Numbered from the stretch's first letter, positions 12,230 to 25,254 are shown. The stretch is 64,000 bases of DNA from Chlorokybus atmophyticus (GCA_009103225.1 RHPI01002823.1:319104-383103); one strand, 5' to 3'. The notes: generated by a model not told the origin, from the sequence alone. A program made the numbers and translations.

Positions 12230-14450
12230 AGTCATGTATCGACGTGAGTAAAGTTTAATATCCACTATGAGTTAATGAGTTTAGAGCCTTGTAAATGTAA
12301 TCAACGTGTGTGATGCCCATATGACATTTAATCGTAAGGGGTTGCTGTAAAAATCAATTCATTTATTACCTTCAGCTTCTTTCGAGCATAAGACACATGT
12401 ACTGCGCATTAAACCTGAATATAATAAACATGTATCGAATGGGGCATACACATGTAGATCACTTACACTTTTCTCAAGCGTGACACGCTTTTGCATTTAC
12501 TTGCAATAAAAAAAAAGTCATGCTATTGTGGTGTGTATTGCAATGCAAGTGTCTGATGTAAATGTGCAACGCATGCCGCTATCGTTTGACATACAACTAG
12601 GGTTGAAAGCTTGTAATAAACTGATCTTACCCTACCATAATAATCGTGTTATCGAGCGTGTCAAGTGGCATATATCAAAGCGTTTATTGCCACATATACA
12701 TACTGCTGCTTTGCTAATGTTTACATGTTCATCATTTCCTCTTTTTAAGTTCCCTTACATATTAGCATAATTAAAAAATTCGTTTCGTTGGACTCAACTC
12801 ACATAAGTCATGCCATGATGCATACGCGTTGACACTGATTGCGAATTTGGAGTTGCGACGGCATGCTAAGCAATTTGCAATAATTACATACGCATGCTTG
12901 TAACAATTAGTGAGTTAAAAACAATGTGAGCGATCGTATGTAGTGATGTATGTAAGTTTTACCACGGTTTGCAAAGTGATTATTGATAGTTATATATGAG
13001 CAATACATGCCGATTTTATACACAAGTCCAAATTGGGTCTGATTTTTTCCAGATACAAGTTGCTCAATAGCCAACATGCTTGCAGTTGCAGAAACATGCG
13101 CTTGTTAATGGCGCTGTGAGTTGTACTTCCGGGTTAGCCACAGGCAGAGCTACATGCCGTACAGGTGTAGGCTACATGGACCTGTACAGTGTCTATCATT
13201 GCATCATGTAGAATACAAACCAGAGCGCACAGCACCGCGTTCAGCTATTAGCTATTTGAGAAAATGGCGAACTTTAGCGCGCATCCATTTTCATCAGGCA
13301 GCCTCAAAAGTAACGCGGACTGCCCGGTAGCGAGCGAGCAGCGGCGTCACGCAGGCCGGCGTGACGCCGGTGATTGGACGACTTGGCAATCATGCTTGAC
13401 CAGATAACCTTGGCCGCAAGTCGCTCGATACGAATCTGCCACTCCCGCGCCAGTCACCTTCACGCCGAGCCACTTGCGAAAGTGAGTTCGCAATTGCTGT
13501 AAACCGCTTGATTGAGGCAAGCCGAAGCGGACTATTCGCCCAGAGGAGGGTTCGGGCTCGGAGCGTTATGGTAGCTTATGGCCTACGCATGAGTACGGTC
13601 TAGTCCTCGAAGCGACAAAGGCGACTTGCTAGTCTAACGTAACCGGCTGATGTACACGTCAGCGCGCCGGCACGGGGTTAGCCAGAGTCGTTAACCGCTA
13701 CAGTAACCGCACAGTCGCCGTTGCGCTATGCCAGCGTCGTAACAGCCTAACGGTATTAAGGCAAAAGGTTTAAGGTTTTAGATGGGGACACACATGTGAT
13801 TGACGACTCATGTCTATCGGTCGCAAAATTTTTTACTACGGTAGACTATCGTCGATAGTGCCATGCCCGAGTATGCTTGAAGGCCTTCATCTCATGCACA
13901 AATCCATCATCATCAACCTTTTCATATTGTACATGATTTGCGGTAGCCTGCAATTAGTTTAGTTTATATGTCATAACAATCAATCCATACAACACCTACC
14001 GCTTATACATGTTAAACATCGTAATGTTAATAGTATATCCTCATGGCTGCGGCGGTCAATTGATTGCAATTTGTAACCGTGTATTCTTAACTTAATTTCA
14101 TTGCATGAAGCCAATTAGATTGTCCTTTTACATATAATTTACGTGTTTTAACAACACAGCAAGTTGTTAAGCAACATTACATTTGGTTTGTGTGCATGTA
14201 TTGCAACTGCACTAAGCGCAAGTGCGCATAACGTGAAGAAAAAGGTAAATCGCATGTACGTTACGCTTGATCTACTCATTTGCATCAAACCTCATGCATG
14301 CCGACATCGTGTCTTGAATGTATAAAATGTGCAAGTGTGTAGAACTTTGCGAGTTGCAAACGATAATAAATGTCATAATTGTAACATCTTACAAATGCGT
14401 GTACCACACAATTGACAAATGAACGACACGGTCAGAACCTATGTGAAGAC
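12230..14450. mobile_element. Old, diverged foldback (long inverted-repeat) element; ends uncertain
   Basis: Several inverted anchors fall on one axis near 13350: 12320-12335 with 14360-14377, about 12450-12507 with 14200-14260, 13157-13182 with 13521-13538, and a central GC hairpin at 13342-13369. No coding capacity seen. Confidence 0.45.
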
Positions 14451-16068
14451 ACTTGTGCATTCCTTAACATCATCAAGTATCCAAATTGCTTAATTCATAT
14501 GAGATTGTAACCTACATTCACATTATATTTGATGTATACAATTTCAAATATGCAAATGGTCTGCAATATAAGACATGCGCAAGTCAGGCAATTGCTGCAA
14601 GCAACCAGAAAAAGATAAGCTCCGAAACTCGATTAGGGGGAATAACTAAACCACAACCTTCCAAGTTATTTGCGTGCAGCAATGAAAGCGTTGTGGAAGT
14701 GCAAGGTGTAGCAGCAGAGGGACAACCTGCAGCAATATTTGACAAACAAAGGGGCGTAACTCTAGGTGTCAGTGCGAGAGGGTGGAAGTGCTGTGCACAT
14801 TGTGCGCGCTATGTGTGGAAGGCTGCACCCCTCCGCCCCTTAATTGCCCCTCGCCGCCACCAGCAACTGGCAATCTTTGTGACTCAATAATATGCTACAT
14901 AGTACATGTCTTGTGTTTATGAACTTTATATGTATAAACCTCAACTCTTTAAAGCTGCGCGGCAAGTGAAAACTTCACATAGTATCACTATTTGTCTTAG
15001 GTTGGATCAAAGTAAAGCCAATCATCTCTGGAGCATTTTATTTTATGCAGTATAAGAGACATGCAAATAGTCTGTCCATGTGCAACAAGCAAGCACAAGC
15101 ACAAGCACATGTAGCAACTTACACACACGGCCACTTTCGCCCTGTAAGCTATGTGCGTGCAAGTGCGTGCAGTATTGCATGGCATGTGGAAGTGTATGAT
15201 GCGGCGGCTGGGGGACAGCGTACATGATTGGACGGGTGTGAGTCCATCTGGCGAGGATAGAGGGTGGAGGTGCTTACTGTCCGTAATGTGTGTTGTAAAA
15301 AAACTACTGCATGAACTTCACAATTAATCGGGCACGAAGCTCTCATAGTGTCGTCTCCCACATATAACGACACTATCACGTCTACTCAAGTTGCTTTGTA
15401 CTGTGATGTTAAACTATTATGGTGCCCCCAAATTCAACATGATTCACGCAATATGTAGATGCTGCCTTAACACGTCACAAGCTCCAACCGCTTTGTTCCA
15501 AACATGAAGTTGAACATGGGCCGCTTGAAAGCAGTACTTTTAAATCATAGGCGAATCGACCATAATGTCTTGCATAGTATTTATTGGTATTCTAGCTACG
15601 AGTGCTGCAGCCACACCTCATGATATATTACCTTCAGCACTGAGAGGATTTTGCAATATTGCGTGGTGTCTACGCCATATGTCCCATGTATCTACGCACC
15701 ACAATCTTGTACTACACTGCCAAATCATAAGTGCCAACCACTAATGCATGCGCGTATACTCACACTCGTGTCATGACATGGGCGACCAACAAACTTCCCC
15801 ATGCACACGCTGGCGCGCACGATGCCATCAGACATTGCATCAAATCAAAGGTCCTCAGGCACGAAGCATAATGCAGCAATTGCCCACTACCAAACGAAGG
15901 GTATAGTCACAGTGACAAAATTTTGACTACTAGCATCAACGCTGTTGATGAGTGATCACTTGTGCAACAAACAGCCATGGCACATGCTGCCAGCGGCACA
16001 ACTAGCATAATAGCAATTACTTACAAGAAGCGCTTACAGCTACCTAGGCGAGCAACATGTGGCATCCG

Positions 16069-17186
16069 TTAATCATAAGTTATTGGCCGGTTGATGATGT
16101 CCACAAGCGAGTTGATCACCTGCGCGTGCACTTGACCATCAGCATAACCTTTTTCACACATCCTTTACCAGGCACCAGGCCTCAACTCACCCTTCCAACA
16201 GTCTGCAACTCTCGCGCAATCGGCTTCAACAAACCTGGCATCCGTGGCCTGATTGGCCACACCTGAACAACATAGATACCAGAATGAGTGTCAACATATG
16301 CACGCACGCTTGACATACACCAATCAACAGGCAAGACTAAGACTTTCCACAACGACACATGCCCTTACCTGCACAGGGCCCAAGTGGTATGCCTTTGCAA
16401 GGCCTGGCACGTGCAGTGCGGGGCCGCCGGGCAACACACGAGCCTCGTCCACGCCACGCTCGTCCATAGCCGCATATGGGTCAGGGGCCTGGAGCAGAGA
16501 GCAAAAAAGCCACATGATCATGTTCATGTGAACAGCCTAGTGACTGGGACATACTGTCCAAGACTAAAAACAGGAAGTACATACGCCACCAGATTATAGA
16601 GGGACAAGCTAGGACGTACTAGTGTTGCAGCGGCCCAAGCACAACAACCAGTGAGACACTTGTCTATGAAACCACTTATGGTGAGTGTTTTTGGGTTTTG
16701 CGAACTAAGAGTAGGAGCGCGCGTGTCAGCTGCTGTCAAGGAGCCGACCAGAACTGAAAACAACCTCAAACCAAGCTTGCAACTGTCATGCGTGCATGCG
16801 CATGTGCGTGTGCATGCCTGCGTGTACACTGTGTGTTGACTGTGTTGTGGGGAGTCCTGCTTGAATGTCACGAGGTGAGTTGCGTACAATGCGACATGTG
16901 GTCCTGGAAATGGTCGTGCGCATGTCAACGAGCAAACAAGCAACACACTGGCATCGCATGACGTAATGTCACAGGAAATAGAGACGTATTACGTCCTATG
17001 CACACTCCCATGCTTGTTATATGCCAACATTCTCCTCACCAGCAGGAGGCGTAGCGCCTCGTCGTGTGCGGCGGTGTGCTTGCGGGCGGCCATCCGGAGG
17101 GACACCGCCAGGTCCGGGTACGAGCCGACGGCCTCGCCCGGTCTCCCGGGCGCCTTGCTGCGCCCGGGCGCCGTCCGTGCCGCCAT
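16069..17186 (-). CDS. Hypothetical multi-exon protein, head-to-head with the ABC1 kinase
   Basis: GC3-rich exon 17186-17040 (MAART...HDEALRLLL), plus phase-0 exons 16488-16369, 16262-16191 and 16119-16069 (ends TAA) with clean GT-AG sites. The middle exon(s) at 16600-16900 are uncertain. No family recognised. Confidence 0.55.
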
Positions 17187-17611
17187 GCCAGACGACAACG
17201 ACGACGAGGAGGAGGACGAGGACGAGGACTACCACCTCGCCGCCGCCGCCGCCGCCGCCGCACGGAAGTCCATGCGGATGTGTTTCGGATAGCGGAAGGA
17301 AACAGACGGAAACTTCCGTGTTGCCACTTCGCACAAGCCCACAGCGTACAGCTGAGCGACCACGTCACCCGTACGTACGGCGGCGGCAGCAGCAGCTGCA
17401 TGCAGGTGAGCGGGCGTGGGTGTGTTGGTCTTTTGCTTGAGGTGGCGCTGTTTGTGGCTTGTGTGTACAGTGCATCAGTATTGGATATGAGGTTTAAGCT
17501 GGGCTTGCAATTAGCGCTTTGTTGTCCGCAGTAGCCTGGTCTGGTCTGCTCTGCTCTGCTCTACTCTGATCAAGCCACACGGTCTAGCAACTGCAGTGAG
17601 CGGTAAATTGG

Positions 17612-20600
17612 ATGGCGATGGCGATGGCGGCGCCTGTATGCGTGCTGCATGGAGCGCGCACGCTGCTGCTGAGCGAGGACCGCAGCCCCACGCTGCCGCT
17701 GGCACACAGGAAAAATGCGAGGAGGCGAACTCAGCGGTTGCAAACGCAGGTATGTTATTACAATGTTTGGCATAAAGTAAAGGTCTAGTATTCAATCAGA
17801 GTCTTTGGTCTGAGGTAGTGAGGCTTTCATAATAGCCTGCACAACAGGTTTAGCAGTGGCATTCCTGTTTCTCTTTCTGTGCTCTCCACCACGCTTGAAC
17901 TTGCCAACATTGAGATAACAAACGGTGGCTAATGGCTTCAGAGTTGTATAGCAAATAGGCCAGCCTATAGCTCTAATCTTTTTTATGAGATGCTTCAATC
18001 TCTAAGGACAGTCACTGAGTAGTCACTCAAGCTGATGTCGCTCTCCAGGCAGCCTCCTCCCCTGTGCAGCTGCCAGCGTTTCGCGGACGCACTGACCCCT
18101 CAACGCCATCCACCTCCTCATCATCATCATCGTTGTCATCGTCGCTGCCATTGCCGTCTGCACTGCCGCCGCCTTTGCCATCGTCTGCACCTTCTCTTCC
18201 AATCATCACCGATGACTTCCAGTAAGTATTGCTGCGTATGCGAAGTTGTTGTTGGCATTATTGAAGCCAAATGTAGGGCAACAGAGCTGAGCGCTTCTCT
18301 GGCAGGTGGGCACGCGAATCCTATTCCGAGCGGCGGCGCAGTGCAGACATTTGGGTCTTTGTGCTTTCACTTCGTGCACGATTGTACACCTTGGATGCGA
18401 AGTGGACCTACCCAGGCGGCTTTACAGAGGAAAAGCAGGTACAGGATACAGGAGGGTGCTGCTACATCGCTACTATTGTTGGCCTAAATGACAGCTGTAG
18501 CTTGTGGATTGTAGTGCACATGTCAGTCAGCAACAAAACACTTTGAGCAAGTTCTTTACATGCGTGCGTGTTGCAGGCAGCAAGGAGGCGGAGTGTGGCA
18601 AGCTGGGCGCGTGACGGTTGCCTACGGCTTGGCCCAACCTTCATCAAGATCGGGCAGCTCTTCTCCACGCGCTCCGACGTCCTGCCCGTCGAGTTCGTGC
18701 AGGAGCTCTCTCTCCTCCAGGATCGCGTGCCTGCGTTCTCCGTGGACAAGGCGCTGTCGATCATCAAGCAGGAGTTTGGCGCGCCCGCTGACCGTCTCTT
18801 TGCGAGCTTTGACCCCCGCCCAATTGCTGCTGCCAGCCTTGGACAGGTACACATTGGGATTGGGTTGGGTGTATGCAACCCTTCTACTAATATCAGTTGA
18901 TATTGTGGGTTTCCACACTGACTGTACAAACTTCATGCAGGTGCACAGGGCAGTGCTGAAGACTGGTGAGGAGGTTGTTGTGAAGGTACAGAGGCCGGGA
19001 TTGAAGAAGCTTTTCGACATTGACTTGGGTATGTGCAGCATCGCTACTGCCCGTGCTGTCCTTTGCCAGTCATCTAACGCCGCATGTGCGCAGGCAACCT
19101 TAAGACCATTGCAACAGTGTTGGGCAACACAGAAGAAGGGTCTAATCGAGACTGGCTCGGGATCTATGACGAAGTTGCGTCGTAAGTCTCTTCATGGCAT
19201 ATGCTAAACCACACGATTGTTTGGTGTTCTGCGCTCCGCTGCTTGCACAATTGTTGGTTCACATTATGTGTCGCGCACTTGCTGCAGTGACTTGCTGCTG
19301 CTGGGCTGCAAGCATACAATCAGCACCTCACTTGCTGCAGTGACTTGTGACTTGCTCTTCACACAACACCATGCACAACTACTGCATACACGTATTTTGT
19401 GACAAGAACTTGTGGACTGAGCTTTTCTTTTGCCGTATGGCAGCATTTTGTACAAGGAAATTGACTACGTCCAGGAGGGTCAGAACGCTGACCGCTTCCG
19501 CCGTGAGTTCCGAGGGAACAGCAGCGAGCAGGAGATCAGAGTCCCGATCGTGTACTGGCGCTACACGTCCCCTCGCGTCATCACTCTTCAGTACCTTCCA
19601 GGTATGTGGTTGCACTTGCACACTTGTAGCTCAGCCAGTCAAGCAGCTCAACACGTTGTCAGTCAAGTATGATGTCCTACATATTGTCTTGTAGGTGTCA
19701 AGATCAGCGATGTTGGCACCCTGAGCGCTGCTGGAATCGATGTCAAGAGCCTTGCCCGGATTGCATCCGAAGCGTACTTGCAACAGGCATGTGATGTGTG
19801 CTTTGTGCATGCGCAAGCAGCGAGGGCAAAGTTAGGAGCACGTTGACGTTTTTTTTCTGTTGTTGTTTGTGCAGATCCTGCGCAGTGGCTTCTTCCATGC
19901 GGATTGCCATCCAGGCAATCTGGCTGTTGACTTGGAGTCCAAGGCGCTGGTGTATTACGACTTTGGTATGATGGGTGAGATACCCAATGACACGCGGAGC
20001 AGGTACTTGGTGTTGGCAACAGTATGTTACCAGGTTGGTGCCAAGCGCCGTCTCAACACTCACACCTACACTGGCAGGTTGTTGCGTGTGTTCTATGCTG
20101 TGTATGAGAAGAATGCTGGAAAGGTGAGAGAAAATAATGGAGCTGCTTGGTTGAGCCCTGGGTTGTGCTGGTTACTGTTCGCTCATGACAAGCATGTTCA
20201 TGCTCTCCAGGTTATTGATGCACTTGTGGAGCTGGGCGCGCTGGTCCCGACGGGTGATATGACGCCAGTACGCATCCTCTCATGTCGCAGAACGTGTCAA
20301 TGGTCTTGTGCCATATACACGCTACAGTAACTACACGCTGTACGGCTCGCACACTGATCCTGCTTCAATGTCGTTGCAGGTGAGAAGGTCAATTCAGTTT
20401 TTCCTGGACAACCTCACGGAGCAGCGCGAGCAGAATGAAACACTTGCCGCCATTGGTGAGGTAAGCCACTAGTGCCATGTGACAGTTGGTTTGCAAGGTT
20501 GGGCTGGTACTTGGCAAGTCTATCCTATGGGTGTGAGTGTTGCATAAACTGACATGTTACTCGGTCAGGATTTGTTCGCCATAGCGGTTGACCAGCCCTT

Positions 20601-21842
20601 CCGATTCCCTGCGACCTTCACTTTTGTCATCCGATCTTTTACAACGCTGGAAGGTATATGGACCCTACAATCAGATCATGTGGTCACAAGCGATGCAAGC
20701 ACAGCTTATGTTGCATCATCACGACCATAACTGCAACTGCATTCATGAGATGTGCTCAACCACTTGGTTTGAGACTTCATTAAGGACGTGGTTTTCGCAG
20801 TTCATTGTTTTGCAGGCTGCTTGGTGCAATTTGCGAAAGTGTGCCAAGGTGGTTTATTTGCTGTTGTTGACACAGTGCTTGACCATGTAGGCATTGGAAA
20901 GATGTTGGATCCGGACTACTCATTTGCCAAGGTTGCAAAACCATACATTCAGGTAAGCTCATCGAGTCTCAGCAACTCTTTGCTCATCAGGCACAACCCG
21001 TTCTTTGCAGCACAAGCTGTGGGTCCGCATGATGTAGAAGCAGCCAATTGCATGGACGCGTACACACTAATCTCATGTTTGTTTATGTTCCTCTGCCTTC
21101 TGCAGGAACTCTTGGATTTGCGCAGCCTGAATGGCTCCAGCAGTCAGTTTGTGTTGCAAGAGTTTCAGCGGCAAGCGGAAGAGGTGCGCCATGTGTGGAC
21201 CAGTGCTTTCGAGTAGTTCACTGCCTAACATGTTGTAACTTAGCAATTGCCAGTCAAGTACATGCAATGATGCTCAGTGCATGGCAGGTGTCCACAGCAG
21301 CTGTTAGTGTCCCCATGCGCGTGCAGCGGATGGACGCCACACTCTCAGCACTGGCTGACGGCGACTTCCGCCCTCGCGTTCGCGTCCTAGAGGTATGTGC
21401 ATGCTTGCTGGCATGTGCATACTCAGGCCCGCACACGCTCATCCAGACATGCACGCACCCACCGCAACTGCTCACACGGCGTGTTTACATGCTGATCACG
21501 CCGTTGTTATTGCAGTCCGAGAGGGCATCTCGCAGGTCCGGGATCCTGCAGATGGCAACTCTGAACACGGTGGCCGCGGGCAGCCTGCTCAATGCGGGTG
21601 TCACGCTTGCTGTTAACCAAGCCACCCCACCTGCCACTCTCTGCCTCCTCCTGTCAGGTTCATTAATATGTTCACTAAGGCTGTAAGGTGTTCTTGTCTG
21701 TCTCTACTCTCTTTGTTGCTGTTGTGGGTGTGGGTTATTTATTTACCGCATCCGCGCAGGTGTTTTTGCTGTGCAAGTTTGGATTGGAATGGTGCGAGTA
21801 AAACGATTGGATCAGTTCGAGAAGAAGATAAAAGACAGGTGA
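17612..21842 (+). CDS. ABC1K7: Plastid ABC1/UbiB atypical kinase, ABC1K7/SIA1-like, 18 exons, 668 aa
   Basis: 18 exons total 2007 nt in frame. Transit-peptide-like N-terminus; [13 protein letters not shown]; [17 protein letters not shown]; [11 protein letters not shown]; VVVKVQRPG; [11 protein letters not shown]; YYDFGMMG; [10 protein letters not shown]-terminal [20 protein letters not shown] and [10 protein letters not shown] match the ABC1K7 type. Confidence 0.92.
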
Positions 21843-22485
21843 TGTCCCTATGCTGCGCGAAGATTGGTAGGTCTTGTTGGTAGCTTCATTACTGAGAGCT
21901 GCATAGGTAGTCAGGCTTGTTTTAGGTCTAGTTGGTAGAATTGCTGCACTGCAGTTACGCAACTGTTGCATTGGTATTGGTAAGCTAGTGCTCTGTATTG
22001 CTCCGGTTTTTGTTCACCATCGCCATGGTCATGCTTGGTTTGTTGGCACTGATATATGTGTGTAACATGACAATTGAAGCAAGCTTGCGCGCACATAATA
22101 ATGCAGACTGTCATACCTCAAATCTGATCAGTCACCAGGCATCACACAGCTGACTATACAAGTCCTTGAGTCCGCACTCGAACAGCATTGTTGAACTCAA
22201 TCCATAGAGATCATCAAAGCAAGTTGTGACATTGCATCAAGTTGACAGTGAGCTACTCGTCAAGTTGATCTCTCCTACGTTTATGTACAAAAATGCCAAG
22301 AACAATACGCACATACATGGTTCGCACACAACATACATATTAGCAAACCATGCATGCTGGCATAGCAGCACACCCCTTTTGTATACATAGGGTAGCGGGA
22401 GACAAGCTACATGGCGGAGAGCGCTCGGCAAACGCTAGGGTGACAGCGTTGATGGGAAGGTGGGGGAGCGTTGTGCAAGCATGAC

Positions 22486-22674
22486 TTACTGTTGTATCTT
22501 GGCGAGTTTGGGCTCAGCAGCGATGTCGCCGTTAGCTTGTGCAAGGGCCGCTTCTGTATCGCCGGCGGAAAAATCGGCTCCGTAGAGCTCCAGTACTCGG
22601 AACAACTGTTTCCCAAACCTTGACACTTCATCACTGCTAAAAACAGTGCTAACTGCATAACGGCAGGAATCCAT
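22486..22674 (-). other. Isolated exon-like segment with a UBA-like motif (possible gene fragment)
   Basis: LELYGADFSAGDTEAALAQANGDIAA followed by a CA|GTAAGT donor. Neighbouring exons could not be joined without stops. Confidence 0.25.
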
Positions 22675-23621
22675 GAATGAACCCGATTCACTTCAGATGA
22701 CGGCATGAGTTCACGATTGAACCCGGCCTGAATTGATAAAGATGTGCACAATGCAGCCGCTGCACTTTGCGACTTGTTCGGCTGTTGACCATGTTTGATG
22801 ACGCAGTAACTATAGCGTGTAATCAATTAGCGTTAAAGGGTAGAGTGGATTAGTTAGAACGAGGGTGAGTAGTGGCGGCATGTCTTTGGGGTATGGGGCC
22901 TGCCCCGACCTCGTACCGCCAAAAACGCGGCCTTTTTAACCACTAACTATGCCGCAATTGCACCAAATCCCTAGCAATTTTGGGTCGCCGTTGGTAAGCG
23001 GTTGCCGCTGAGATAATTTTCAGCATCTTTTACGCATCTTTGCAATGATTGGCCATTTCGCTGCCTTTTTGAGCAACTGGCTGTTGTCACCGTTGCGATC
23101 CCATTTAGTCAAATTCATGTGTGACCAAATGGTGGCCTAACGATGCAATTTTTCGTTAGTTGAATCTTAACGTTAAGGTAATTCAGGTTAGCATTATTTT
23201 GATAGTCGTAACCTCGGTATTATTTACTGAGTATCGCAGCACGTACCGTGGCGTGAACGTTACATTGATTATTAAGACTTGAAACACTTAACAGCATTTG
23301 CTAATCATATCGCACCATATTGCACCATATTGCAGCATATTTATCAATATAATCAATGTAACACATTAAAAACTATCAACATGCAGCCATAAGCGGCCAC
23401 GTTGCAGAACTGTGCTTATTTTTACATTTATTGGCATGCGCTTAAACAATTGGATGTGCTTTGGACGGCCAGGATCGTGCTTAGGCAGATCTAACGGTGT
23501 AACGCTTGTTCTCGCCGCCTAGCCAATGAGAAGCAGGCGGGCCGCACATACTGCCGCGCAGCCCGGCAGTCGCGGGTGCCGTGTGATGTAGGTTGAATGC
23601 CGACAGGCCGGCCCGACCAAT

Positions 23622-23756
23622 AGGCGTGATGGGCGAAATGAATCTGCGCTTATAGCATATATATGCTCTTAACGTTCAAGAGCATGTTATGCTCTTAGTC
23701 GCCAAGAGCATACAATTATTGAGGATAACAGTATGCTCTTACAAATAAGTAGACTA
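23622..23756 (-). mobile_element. Partial inverted copy of the MITE at 24261-24726
   Basis: Aligns in reverse with 24261-24410 (GGCGTGATGGGCG...TTATAGCATA...ATGCTC...AAGAGCAT...CGCCAAGAGCATA...ATGCTCTTA...GTAGACT). Confidence 0.75.
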
Positions 23757-23758
23757 TA

Positions 23759-24206
23759 TAGTCTACCCCCGTTACAAGACTTCGGTTTATGAAAATAGCC
23801 CCGTTGAAATCATGAAATTGCAAAAATCCAATGGTTATACAGACGAATGTCATCGGTTAGTGGAATAGTTTTGTACGCTATAAGACTACAACAAAGGGTT
23901 ATAATTTTGTGTGAGCTGTCTTGTTACGGGGGAATACCTCGTTAATGGCATGTTTATTTTAAATATTATAAACATAAACATATTACAGAACTCATATATA
24001 GTTACGAATTAATTTATTGTTGACTATTATTGATCTAATGTATGCCACGCTAAAACATAATAACGTGGCTTACGGTTATTTTACAATACCCCTGTTAGTA
24101 AATTATAGATTATGTAAAAAGTAGTATATATTATTGTAAACGCCAAGAGAATAACCCTGTTGATGGAATGAAAGATACACGTGATGAATATAGCGGAGGT
24201 AGACTG
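23759..24206. mobile_element. Tc1/pogo-type MITE B (about 448 bp)
   Basis: TA|TAGTCTACCCCCG...CGGAGGTAGACTG|TA termini with an AT-rich non-coding interior. Confidence 0.7.
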
Positions 24207-24260
24207 TACAGTTAAGGTACATAGTGGTACGTACATAGTTACATTGAAACATTTATTGTA

Positions 24261-24726
24261 CAGTCTACCCCTTTTAAGAGCATGCTGTTTGTTTTTGAAG
24301 ATAGTTTGCTCCTGGCGGGGTTATGCTCTTGGCGTTAAAAAGAGCATAATATGCTCTTAAACATTGGAGCATTTGTATGCTATAAAGCAGTTCAATACGC
24401 CCATCACGCCCATCACATCACGCGCATTACGTCACGTATCATGCCATCACGCTCATTACGCTAATTACGCGTGACACTGTACCCATCACGCCTTGTCTAT
24501 CGCACTCATTACGCCTGATGACACACCCGTCACGCGCTACTCCCTCAATGTTAAGAATACGCACACTGACATTTGCAAAGAGGTCATGAAAAATAATATG
24601 CTCTTCGCGGTTAGTCATATTCTCTTAAGCACTAACATTTGCCTGTAGCATCGTTGGTGATCTCAGAACGTATGCTACAAGCGGGGATATTCTCTTGGAG
24701 CAAAGTCTTTTAGCGGGGGTGGACTG
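24261..24726. mobile_element. Tc1/pogo-type MITE A (about 466 bp)
   Basis: TA|CAGTCTACCCC...GGGGGTGGACTG|TA termini; internal ATGCTC/GAGCAT and CATCACG short repeats. Confidence 0.75.
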
Positions 24727-25254
24727 TACAACGCACACATAACGCATATGTGCGCCGTGCATGTTGTGCTCAAAATGAATGGATTCTTTTATTCATGCGC
24801 ATGTACTTTGTGCAATTGCACGATATGGGCTTTGGAAGGTTGAGATTTGTTTATCACAAATCGAATGGCCGATAGCTGATACACGTCGCATAGCCAATGA
24901 GAGGCAGGCGGGCTGCTCGGTATGCGCGCGGCAGGCATGTAGTCTCGGGTGCTGTGTGTGATGGCCCTCTGTGCGCGTGATGTGTCTTTGTGCCCTAATG
25001 CCGTCCTCCCCGGCCGGCCGGCCGGCCGGCCCAATCCCGCCCAATCAGCCGCACCGCTAGTTCAAATCTTACTGTAAGTCTTTCGGTGGGGTAGGCAGTG
25101 CCTTCTCCTGCATGCACTAGGCATGCTAAGCTACCCGGGCTAGAGGTTGAGCACCAGGCGCCGGCGAGCGAGGGGTTGGTGGCGGCGGGGCGGAGGCATG
25201 CACGGGCGGATGGTGGGTGGGTGGGTGTGCTTGTGGCTTAGGCGAGTATGTTAG

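Noticed and set aside
16369-17186. Resemblance of VLPGGPALHVPG...HLGPVQ to MmgE/PrpD dehydratases
   Set aside because: The diagnostic downstream RWLDxNDT / GHPSD motifs are absent and the gene ends shortly afterwards.
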